A DNA stretch of 53,859 nt from a virus, in the IMG/VR virus record IMGVR_UViG_3300036779_000164, positions 1 through 53,859 of that record. The stretch is one strand, 5' to 3'. Shown here piece after piece: positions 28,242-35,256 of the stretch. The position numbers and the translations under genes are program-made. Within the stretch, counting starts at the first letter, position 1. The number at the start of each line of letters is the position of its first letter. A model generated the notes under the pieces. The model ran no database searches. It had not been told where the DNA came from and saw only the letters and a program-made list of their open reading frames with translations.

Positions 28242-28655
28242 TTATTCATTTTCACATTTCCACAAAAACTTCGCAAGTTTCTTACATTCAGAATGTATAA
28301 AATCAGCATCACAATAATTATCTTTTGCGTTAAAATCAACTAAATCATCAATTAGATCGCAATGAAAACCAACAGCCCATTTAGATTTATCGGTTTCATA
28401 ATAATTATCTTTAACAATCCATCCTAAATTTGAAAAAGCCGTCCAGATGTCGACCTTAAAGTTAAATTTTTGCTCTACAAAGGCTGCATTCAACCATCTT
28501 TTTTTAAATTTATCATATAAAGGATGACTTGTAGAAATAGGAACAACACATGTTAGACTTAAAGATTTTGGAAACTGAAGAATGTAATAACTATATCTTG
28601 TTTTTTCATCTATATATTGTTTACAAGAAGATTCATTTTGCCAATTTGGATTCAT
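28242..28655 (-). CDS. Hypothetical early protein (137 aa, Cys/Trp-rich)
   Basis: Long ORF within the operon; no recognisable motif. Confidence 0.55.
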   Translation of the reverse strand: MNPNWQNESSCKQYIDEKTRYSYYILQFPKSLSLTCVVPISTSHPLYDKFKKRWLNAAFVEQKFNFKVDIWTAFSNLGWIVKDNYYETDKSKWAVGFHCDLIDDLVDFNAKDNYCDADFIHSECKKLAKFLWKCENE

Positions 28656-28656
28656 A

Positions 28657-28827
28657 TTATATATTTCTCCAGATATGATCTTTTAATTTATATATATCTT
28701 CATGAATTTCATCTATTCTTCTATGAATAAAATATAAATATAATAATATAGCTAAACACAAAGCTTCAGTATGTTTTTGGAACGCTAATGCTATCACTAC
28801 TATCAAAAAACATATTGGTAAATACAT
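28657..28827 (-). CDS. Small membrane protein (56 aa), below the ORF-track cutoff
   Basis: MYLPICFLIVVIALAFQKHTEALCLAILLYLYFIHRRIDEIHEDIYKLKDHIWRNI. Exactly fills the gap between 28831..29073 and 28242..28655. Confidence 0.45.
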   Translation of the reverse strand: MYLPICFLIVVIALAFQKHTEALCLAILLYLYFIHRRIDEIHEDIYKLKDHIWRNI

Positions 28828-28830
28828 TTT

Positions 28831-29073
28831 CTATTCTCGTCCCACAAACACATTAATCGCATCTAAAATCGATTTAGTATTATCGGGAACTTTATATGTT
28901 GTGCCACGGCCTGATTCATATGTATTAAGTAACAAATTTAAACATTTTTTAGCTTCATAAGATGCACTAATCCAGTTGCATAAATGTATCAATGTTTTTT
29001 CTTTGGCTTGTTTTGCTTCTTCTAATGAAGTATTATATTTTTTTTCTAAATTTTCGTATTTATGATTGGTCAT
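28831..29073 (-). CDS. Hypothetical early protein
   Basis: 80-aa ORF within the operon. Confidence 0.5.
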   Translation of the reverse strand: MTNHKYENLEKKYNTSLEEAKQAKEKTLIHLCNWISASYEAKKCLNLLLNTYESGRGTTYKVPDNTKSILDAINVFVGRE

Positions 29074-29104
29074 AATAATTTTCTCTTTTTAATTTATTTA
29101 AATT

Positions 29105-29443
29105 TTAACAAACAAGATCTTTTCCTTGTTTAATTGGAGGAAACCATTCAATCTCAGTTACAGAATTAAACCAAAATGTCATTTCACGTGCATTAATTCT
29201 CATATTTCCTTTGGATATATTATTTTCTTTGCCATATTCACGAATTATAATATATAAAATCATAAATAATTTTTTCCACATGAAAAAAAATGATCTTTCT
29301 TCATTTTCATATTCATTAATTATTTTAATTAATTTATTTGCTATAACCAATTGATCTTTATTTGATAGTTTTTCATCAGAATAATTCATTTTCGATAAAT
29401 TTATTTTATCTAATGATCTTCCCTGTAAATCTAATATTATCAT
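29105..29443 (-). CDS. Hypothetical early protein
   Basis: 112-aa ORF whose start abuts the upstream stop. Confidence 0.5.
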   Translation of the reverse strand: MIILDLQGRSLDKINLSKMNYSDEKLSNKDQLVIANKLIKIINEYENEERSFFFMWKKLFMILYIIIREYGKENNISKGNMRINAREMTFWFNSVTEIEWFPPIKQGKDLVC

Positions 29444-29728
29444 TTATTGTTCTCCTTTTTTCCATTTTTTAGTTTTATTATCCCAAAATGTAATTGAAGT
29501 ATCTGTTATATTAATTTCATTTATTAATCTTTTTTGTAAATCAGTTAAATACTCAATATCTTTGTGAAACCTATCAATATTTGTTAAAAATAATTGATAA
29601 ATAAGACTATCTAAAATAGGACGTATACTATCAAGATGAAAATTTTTACTACCTTCATCATTTAATCGAGACTTTAATAATTTAATTGGATTAAAAGGGT
29701 CTTCCTCACCAATTTCTTCCCATTTCAT
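29444..29728 (-). CDS. Hypothetical early protein
   Basis: 94-aa ORF with AAGGAAAAGAAA upstream. Confidence 0.5.
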   Translation of the reverse strand: MKWEEIGEEDPFNPIKLLKSRLNDEGSKNFHLDSIRPILDSLIYQLFLTNIDRFHKDIEYLTDLQKRLINEINITDTSITFWDNKTKKWKKGEQ

Positions 29729-29746
29729 TTTTCTTTTCCTTTTTCC

Positions 29747-30076
29747 TTATTTTGTTTTCTTTTTTACAACTTCATATCCATATAACTCGCTAGTTTCTTT
29801 TACCAAAATTGTTTTATCGTAAATTTTATTAAATTTATCAATTATATATTTAAAAATATCTTCTTTACTTTTTTCCGAGTAATAACGCCCAGCATCATAT
29901 TTTTTCTTATAAACAATTTTAAAACATATATGTTCAAACAAAATATCCATTATTTTACTTTCAGCATCATAAAATGAAAGTTTATCAATTCTATTTAATA
30001 AATTTTGAACATCTTCTAAAAGTTGATCGTGTTCATTTTTAATTTGTTTACTTTTAAATATATTAAATATATTCAT
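29747..30076 (-). CDS. Hypothetical early protein, paralogue of 31242..31550
   Basis: N-terminus MNIFNIFKSK compares with MSIFNIYKKS. Same position 2 nt downstream of a ~90-aa family gene. Confidence 0.55.
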   Translation of the reverse strand: MNIFNIFKSKQIKNEHDQLLEDVQNLLNRIDKLSFYDAESKIMDILFEHICFKIVYKKKYDAGRYYSEKSKEDIFKYIIDKFNKIYDKTILVKETSELYGYEVVKKKTK

Positions 30077-30078
30077 TA

Positions 30079-30354
30079 TTATTCTCCTTTATCTTTATTT
30101 TCCAAACAATATTCATAATAACCTTTCATTTGAATTAATGTGGTATTTGATATTTGCTTTATTTCTTTTTCGGTAAAATCAGATTCTTTCATTGATAAAA
30201 AAGTATGATATAAAATTGCGATGTATTTATCTTTAATATCATAACCTTTTTCAGAAAATTTTATATTTAAAATATACTTAATTAATGCGCTGATGTTATC
30301 AGTCATTAAAACAAATGTTTTATCATCTTCACTTACAATAAAATTTTTACCCAT
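30079..30354 (-). CDS. ~90-aa family protein, copy A
   Basis: DKYIAILYHTFLSMKESDFTEKEIKQIS compares with DKYEIILFNTFLSMRDSDFTENEIRQIS in 31553..31825. Confidence 0.6.
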   Translation of the reverse strand: MGKNFIVSEDDKTFVLMTDNISALIKYILNIKFSEKGYDIKDKYIAILYHTFLSMKESDFTEKEIKQISNTTLIQMKGYYEYCLENKDKGE

Positions 30355-30360
30355 TCCATT

Positions 30361-30636
30361 TTACTCTTCTTTTTCAATTTCATTCTCATTATATTCATCT
30401 GAAAAGAGTTCATATGCGTCTTCTATAATATCATTGCTTACTTTTTTTATCTCATTTTTCTCGAAGCCTAACCACAACATAGCTGTATAAGTATGTAATA
30501 AAAGAATTTCATATTTGTCTTTATCATTAGATCTATCATCTTCAAAATGTATATTTTCAATAAAATTTAGAAAATTTTTTATATGATTATCTAATAAGTT
30601 ATAAATATAATCATTTATGCGTAAATTTTGTTCCAT
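30361..30636 (-). CDS. ~90-aa family protein, copy C
   Basis: DKDKYEILLLHTYTAMLWLGFEKNEIKKVSNDII aligns with copies A and B. Acidic C-terminal tail as in copy B. Confidence 0.6.
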   Translation of the reverse strand: MEQNLRINDYIYNLLDNHIKNFLNFIENIHFEDDRSNDKDKYEILLLHTYTAMLWLGFEKNEIKKVSNDIIEDAYELFSDEYNENEIEKEE

Positions 30637-30666
30637 TTTTTTTCTCTTTTATATTTTTAATTCATA

Positions 30667-30927
30667 TTAATCCATTAAAGTTGGAGAAACTTCAATTTCT
30701 TTATCTTTTACTATTTTTCCCCATAAATTTTCAAGTTCCATAATGAGAGTAAATTGTTGTGTTTTAAGTATCAAAGAACTTTCACGTTTCTCCCATTCAT
30801 TTAATAATGCACGAATAATTGTATATTCTGCTTCAGCTAAAGAAATTGCTTCATTGTCTGCAAATTCTTGTGCAAATTCACGAATATGTTCTTGTAATCC
30901 TTCATTTAAGTTCCATTTTTCAGTCAT
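30667..30927 (-). CDS. Hypothetical early protein, paralogue of the C-half of 37322..37783
   Basis: AEAEYTIIRALLNEW...TQQ...ELENLW compares with AEWEYLIIRFLMSHW...TQQ...IDELW. First gene downstream of promoter box copy 1. Confidence 0.6.
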   Translation of the reverse strand: MTEKWNLNEGLQEHIREFAQEFADNEAISLAEAEYTIIRALLNEWEKRESSLILKTQQFTLIMELENLWGKIVKDKEIEVSPTLMD

Positions 30928-30953
30928 AGTGATTCTCCTTTTTCTATATTTTT

Positions 30954-30982
30954 ACCTTACTAAAAAAACAAACTTAAGTCAA
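30954..30982 (-). promoter_or_regulatory. Early promoter, box copy 1 (TTGACTTAAGTTTGT, N17 spacing, TAAGGT)
   Basis: Minus strand: -35 TTGACT (30977-30982), 17-nt spacer, -10 TAAGGT (30954-30959). The 15-nt box is shared with 33119-33133 and 36887-36901. Confidence 0.65.
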
Positions 30983-31052
30983 TACTCTTTTGTAAATTAA
31001 CAGAAAATGATACATTAATTAAAATTTATTAAATTACAACAAAAGGGTGAAA

Positions 31053-31193
31053 ATGTCCCACAGTGAACTAGACATAGAAACTATCAATGCCCTTATAAAG
31101 TCCATAAAAACGCGTATAGAGCTGATTGAGAAATTAGTGAACGAAACTACCAAAGAGATTAGTTCCACTCATATGGGCTCATTTGGTGAATGA
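31053..31193 (+). CDS. Possible small ORF (46 aa) on the opposite strand inside the leftward arm
   Basis: AAGGGTGAAA RBS. Peptide MSHSELDIETINALIKSIKTRIELIEKLVNETTKEISSTHMGSFGE. Followed by the hairpin at 31204-31230. Confidence 0.35.
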   Translation: MSHSELDIETINALIKSIKTRIELIEKLVNETTKEISSTHMGSFGE

Positions 31194-31203
31194 ATGTTAA
31201 GAG

Positions 31204-31230
31204 GAACTGTCCGATCAAATCGGACAGTTC
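31204..31230. terminator. Perfect 12-bp hairpin between convergent ORFs (possible bidirectional terminator)
   Basis: GAACTGTCCGAT-CAA-ATCGGACAGTTC. There is no clear U-run on either side. Confidence 0.45.
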
Positions 31231-31241
31231 GAGTTATGTTC

Positions 31242-31550
31242 TTAATTCTGTTTACATTTATCTCCTAAACTTTGCATTCCAAAATAAGCTTGAATAACAT
31301 CATTTCCATCATCATTAAATTCCATTTTATAAATTAAATTTATATCTATAAATTTAAGTATTAACAAAGTTAATACTTCCTTTTGTTGTTCATTTAGTTG
31401 CAAATATAATTGATTTACATATATTTTTATATTGCAATTATCATTATAATGAAAAATATGATGAATATCTCTAAATAATTGTTTTTCTTCTTCATTATAT
31501 AGTATTTTCTTATATTTTTCTGACTTTTTATATATATTGAATATACTCAT
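31242..31550 (-). CDS. Hypothetical early protein, paralogue of 29747..30076
   Basis: MSIFNIYKKS N-terminus. Starts 2 nt after the stop of 31553..31825. Confidence 0.55.
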   Translation of the reverse strand: MSIFNIYKKSEKYKKILYNEEEKQLFRDIHHIFHYNDNCNIKIYVNQLYLQLNEQQKEVLTLLILKFIDINLIYKMEFNDDGNDVIQAYFGMQSLGDKCKQN

Positions 31551-31552
31551 TT

Positions 31553-31825
31553 TTATTCTTCTTCATTTTCAAGATCAAAATAGCTACTTGCATCTAATAA
31601 TATTTTATCTGAAATTTGTCTTATTTCATTTTCTGTAAAATCAGAATCCCTCATTGATAAAAAGGTATTAAACAAAATTATTTCATATTTATCTTCAATT
31701 TGAAAACAGCCACGATGATCTTTATCAAATTCGATATCTAAAATATAAGCAATAGCAGATTGTACATAAGTTACTGCCATATCAAAGATTATATCATTTT
31801 TATGTACAAATATGTTTTTAGTCAT
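31553..31825 (-). CDS. ~90-aa family protein, copy B
   Basis: See copy A. AGGAGAAGAAA RBS. Confidence 0.6.
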   Translation of the reverse strand: MTKNIFVHKNDIIFDMAVTYVQSAIAYILDIEFDKDHRGCFQIEDKYEIILFNTFLSMRDSDFTENEIRQISDKILLDASSYFDLENEEE

Positions 31826-31847
31826 TTTTCTTCTCCTTTTTGTCCTA

Positions 31848-32009
31848 TTAAATCACCAACCCAAACAGAAATTTAGCAATTGTGTACCACATTAAAACAA
31901 TCCCACAAACTATCCCTATAACAATTAGGCCTTTGTCCATTGATTTTCCTATATCCGTAAAGAAGATGAATATTAAGGTCAATCCTGCAATTGCTAAAAT
32001 GTATTCCAT
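31848..32009 (-). CDS. Small two-TM membrane protein (53 aa), below the ORF-track cutoff
   Basis: MEYILAIAGLTLIFIFFTDIGKSMDKGLIVIGIVCGIVLMWYTIAKFLFGLVI. Fills the gap between flanking genes. No clear SD. Confidence 0.4.
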   Translation of the reverse strand: MEYILAIAGLTLIFIFFTDIGKSMDKGLIVIGIVCGIVLMWYTIAKFLFGLVI

Positions 32010-32013
32010 TGGC

Positions 32014-32331
32014 TTAATTCGTTATCCATTCATGAAAAATCTTAATTAATTCATCTTCATTTAAATTTAATTTACGAAATTTGTTTAGCCATTTAAAATA
32101 TGCAAAAATGTGAGAAATGTTAACAAAATCATTAGCTATAATATATGAATTAACATAATAATCTTCTAAATGTTCAAGAAAACAAAGATAATCTGATTCT
32201 GGATTAAAATCTGCATCAAATTTTTCATTTAAATAATTATGAAATATATTTATACTTTTATAAAATGTTAATATTTTATAATTCATTTTAACCATTTTAT
32301 TTTCCTTTTTCATTGTATTAATTGGTTCCAC
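32014..32331 (-). CDS. Hypothetical early protein
   Basis: 105-aa ORF. An internal ATG at 32295 (MVKMNYK) has AAAGGAAA upstream and may be the real start. Confidence 0.5.
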   Translation of the reverse strand: MEPINTMKKENKMVKMNYKILTFYKSINIFHNYLNEKFDADFNPESDYLCFLEHLEDYYVNSYIIANDFVNISHIFAYFKWLNKFRKLNLNEDELIKIFHEWITN

Positions 32332-32342
32332 TTTTTCGTCCC

Positions 32343-32834
32343 TTATCTTTTCTGTTGCATTTTCTTAATTAAATCATATAATATGGGACTTCTTTCCTTA
32401 TCACTAATTAATAAATATTTCGTATTTATATCATTACTCCAGAAATTAGCTCTAATTTGGCTATATCTGTTAGCAAAGAAAAGAGTGATAGATGTAGGAA
32501 AATAAAATATTTCACTGTTTGTTAAAATAATTATGTTATTAACATAACTGCTTAAATCATCACCATTTTCTACATAATTAACGTTCTTATCATATCTTAA
32601 TTTTAGCTGTCTATCAGTTCTTATCGTCTTATATTTTTTATCCCAAGCTAAATTACTTATAATAACATTTATATAATATAAAGATCCTTCATTAGTACAT
32701 TTAATTGATATATTAGGATTTAGATAATCATCACTAACCATATATTGCATTAATCCTTTAATATTTTGTTCTAATTTAGTTTTTATTTCTTTAGGAGTCA
32801 TTTTTTTTCTCTCTTTTTTTAATTTTTGTTCCAC
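32343..32834 (-). CDS. Hypothetical early protein (163 aa)
   Basis: Long ORF within the operon; no recognisable motif. Confidence 0.55.
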   Translation of the reverse strand: MEQKLKKERKKMTPKEIKTKLEQNIKGLMQYMVSDDYLNPNISIKCTNEGSLYYINVIISNLAWDKKYKTIRTDRQLKLRYDKNVNYVENGDDLSSYVNNIIILTNSEIFYFPTSITLFFANRYSQIRANFWSNDINTKYLLISDKERSPILYDLIKKMQQKR

Positions 32835-32846
32835 TGTGTAAAGGGA

Positions 32847-33059
32847 TTATAGATATTGTCGTATATATTGCTGTGGCATATCAATTTTATGAGTTAATGC
32901 ATCAATCTTCTCATTTAACATTTTGTCTAGATCTTTGATAAACTGTTCTAATTGAACAATTTTGTTAGATAAATCATCTATTTTTGTATAGAGCTCATTT
33001 ATATGTTCCAGATTACCTTGTGCGATGAATCTGAGACCAGTGCTATCGTTATTAACCAT
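32847..33059 (-). CDS. Small coiled-coil early protein; first gene of the leftward arm
   Basis: AAAGGAGAAAA RBS. 70 aa with heptad-like Leu/Ile spacing. Confidence 0.55.
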   Translation of the reverse strand: MVNNDSTGLRFIAQGNLEHINELYTKIDDLSNKIVQLEQFIKDLDKMLNEKIDALTHKIDMPQQYIRQYL

Positions 33060-33104
33060 TAGTTTTCTCCTTTTTAATGCTAAGTCCCTATGACTTATAG
33101 GTTG

Positions 33105-33133
33105 ATCCTATCAAAAGGACAAACTTAAGTCAA
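33105..33133 (-). promoter_or_regulatory. Early promoter, box copy 2 (TTGACTTAAGTTTGT, N17 spacing, TAGGAT)
   Basis: Minus strand: -35 TTGACT (33128-33133), 17-nt spacer, -10 TAGGAT (33105-33110), about 45 nt upstream of ATG 33059. Confidence 0.65.
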
Positions 33134-33372
33134 ACTTATTTTTATTAAAATAGGAGAAGATTCGGCTAAGTTATTAAAATGATTAGGATAAAAGTTGGAG
33201 AAAAGTAAAATAAAGTGGAGATGAAGGAGATTGATTTAGGAAGAAGAAAGCACGGAAAAAAGAGATTGTTCCACAGGAAAGAAGAGAGAGAGTACCACAA
33301 ATATGCTTATTATCTGAATGAATAGAAGAGAAGAGGTAGCAGAAAAGTGTATCAAAACAACAGAGTAAACGC

Positions 33373-33426
33373 GAGAGATATGATATGGATAAAGCTAGGG
33401 AAGCGATAATGAGAATCATATCTCTC
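33373..33426. repeat. Perfect 12-bp inverted repeat with a 30-nt spacer in the ORF-free region
   Basis: GAGAGATATGAT (33373-33384) and ATCATATCTCTC (33415-33426). Confidence 0.85.
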
Positions 33427-33717
33427 ACACGTTTAATAACAGAAGAAAAATTAACCTACAAGAGTGAAAATAAATTTAAGCAAAAATTCGTTAGACTGTT
33501 TATATATGTAAATTCATATAAGTTAGAGATGATCTGCATAAATCCTACTTTGATAATCTTATCTTAATTAAAAGATAAAGGCCTTGTTAAAATAAGCTCT
33601 TTTCGTAAAATACGTAATTTACTAAGAGGAATAATTGTGGAAACATTGTCTAAGTGGAGCGAAGATTATTGACGCTTTTTAGGAGTCTAAGCGCCACACA
33701 AGATTGCGGGTTTAGTC

Positions 33718-34016
33718 GGGTGTTCGTTGTTAACGTAGTAGTGTTCGTAGATGACGAACCCGGACAAACTTTTTTTCTTATAAGTCTTATAAAATATATA
33801 TATATATAATAAAAAAAAATATAAAGTGTTCGTAGTAGTAAGTACAGAGTGAGATAAGCTATTGTTGACTTATTGGAATGAGATTTTGAGAGAAATTTGA
33901 CTAAATCGCACTGGCGACGAACATACAAACATAAATTGCCAAAATTTGTTGTTCATCTGCAAGGGTTTTGTTAAAAACTGTTCGAGAAGGCAAAAATAAC
34001 GAACTACTACGAACCC
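33718..34016. repeat. Iteron-like GTTCG(T/A) repeats in both orientations flanking a pure A/T tract
   Basis: TGTTCGTTG 33721; CGTAGTAGTGTTCGTAGATGACGAAC 33734-33759; GTGTTCGTAGTAGTA 33826-33840; CGACGAACAT 33915; CTGTTCGAG 33978; ACGAACTACTACGAACCC 33999-34016. An uninterrupted A/T run spans ~33783-33825 and includes (TA)n. Confidence 0.75.
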
Positions 34017-34143
34017 AAGCACTGTGGCTAAACTTTGGCCACAAAGTGAAGTTTAGCATGAATTTTAGGAATGTCAAGAGCTATTTTTGATATTTTTATA
34101 GCGTCTTTAGCGAAATCCGCCAAAATGAGACTGCTCAAACGAT

Positions 34144-34172
34144 ATCTTAAAATTTTTGTGACCTTTTTGCAA
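34144..34172 (-). promoter_or_regulatory. Orphan promoter-like element pointing into the ORF-free region
   Basis: Minus strand: TTGCAA (34167-34172), N17, TAAGAT (34144-34149). No credible ORF lies downstream of it. Confidence 0.35.
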
Positions 34173-34323
34173 CAGAAAAATGCATTATTTTTCATTTTTT
34201 TTAATTATTTTTAAAAATAATTTATTTTAGAGTTAACAAATTGATACCACAAATTATATATAAACAATAAAATCTAATACAGAAAAGACTTTCAAACTTT
34301 TTGCTATAATATATTTACTATTA

Positions 34324-34611
34324 TCACTCGCTGATGACGCTCAGAGGTGCTGTCTCTTCAGGATCCTGCAAATACTCAACCAAAGATTGCTTTACCGTCT
34401 GTGCATCAAGGCTATCATAGAAGCCCATTGTGGTGCTATCCTTCTCATACTGAAACGCAAAGGGCTCAACGTCAGTCACCACATCAGTATCAATAATCTT
34501 ACTATCTTCATTGAAGAAGATAACCATGCAGCCAGGGTATGGAACATGAAGGGCTTTAAGATGACCCTTGTCTATTAGGAACTGTATAAAGTCTAAGCTA
34601 TGATCTGGCAT
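34324..34611 (-). CDS. Hypothetical protein downstream of the terS-like gene
   Basis: 95-aa ORF, overlaps 34598..35158 by 14 nt. GC-richer composition, like the terminase genes. Confidence 0.55.
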   Translation of the reverse strand: MPDHSLDFIQFLIDKGHLKALHVPYPGCMVIFFNEDSKIIDTDVVTDVEPFAFQYEKDSTTMGFYDSLDAQTVKQSLVEYLQDPEETAPLSVISE

Positions 34612-35158
34612 TGTTTATCTCCTGTATGATTGGATCATCTGAATCAATCGGTTGTATCTCTGGCGCAACATCTGCTTCCATAACTGGCAGATCCACAGTG
34701 GGCTCATCCCCCTTTTCCAATTCGATTTTCTGGGATTCAATATCAGAGGAAATTTCTGAAGGGGGGGGAGGCGAATTTATAAGATGGGACTCTATTTCTA
34801 TGGCTTCGCCTAAAATTGTGTTCTTCTTTGCTTGCATCATCGCATCATACGACAACACCATCTTCATCAAATCATCCATGCTCATATTCCCAATTTCCGG
34901 ACCCTGGGTAGTTATTTGGAATTTCTGGGGGGCTTTCTCTATCACATAGTCTAACAATAGCGCCATGGCCCGCATATCGCCTTCTAGGGCCTTCGTCATC
35001 AAAACCCCTGTTAACGATTCCCAATTATCCTGAGCTGCCTCAACTAATTGCAGCGCAAGATCATTCTTGGCATACATCAGTTGTTTGAACACGTTGGTTT
35101 TTTTCAGGGTAACAGTAGGACGTCTGCCTCGTTTTGACGCACTTACGATTTCATTCAT
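34598..35158 (-). CDS. terS: Terminase small subunit-like protein
   Basis: N-terminal basic KRGRRPT segment followed by ALEGDMRAMALLLDYV, the pattern seen in many phage TerS families. Acidic, Pro-rich C-tail. Adjacent to terL but divergently transcribed. Confidence 0.5.
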   Translation of the reverse strand: MNEIVSASKRGRRPTVTLKKTNVFKQLMYAKNDLALQLVEAAQDNWESLTGVLMTKALEGDMRAMALLLDYVIEKAPQKFQITTQGPEIGNMSMDDLMKMVLSYDAMMQAKKNTILGEAIEIESHLINSPPPPSEISSDIESQKIELEKGDEPTVDLPVMEADVAPEIQPIDSDDPIIQEINNARS

Positions 35159-35194
35159 GTTTTATTCTCTTTTATCTAAACTTTTAAGCTAATT

Positions 35195-35232
35195 GTTGCA
35201 TTTTTGCAACAGTGTATTTATTCTCATATAAA
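35195..35232 (+). promoter_or_regulatory. Divergent terS/terL control region: 16-bp palindrome plus the terL promoter
   Basis: GTTGCA-TTTT-TGCAAC (35195-35210). TTGCAA (35204-35209), N17, TATAAA (35227-35232). The mirror TTGCAA can serve the leftward terS gene. Confidence 0.55.
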
Positions 35233-35256
35233 GCAATAAATAAAATAACAACTTAA

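Noticed and set aside
33183-33928. Track ORFs 33183..33428 (minus), 33385..33567 (plus) and 33650..33928 (minus) in the non-coding region
   Set aside because: Their products are low-complexity (Leu/Ser/Phe/Tyr/Ile runs from purine-rich and AT-tract DNA). They lack RBSs and cross the iterons and the (TA)n tract. The region is treated as non-coding.
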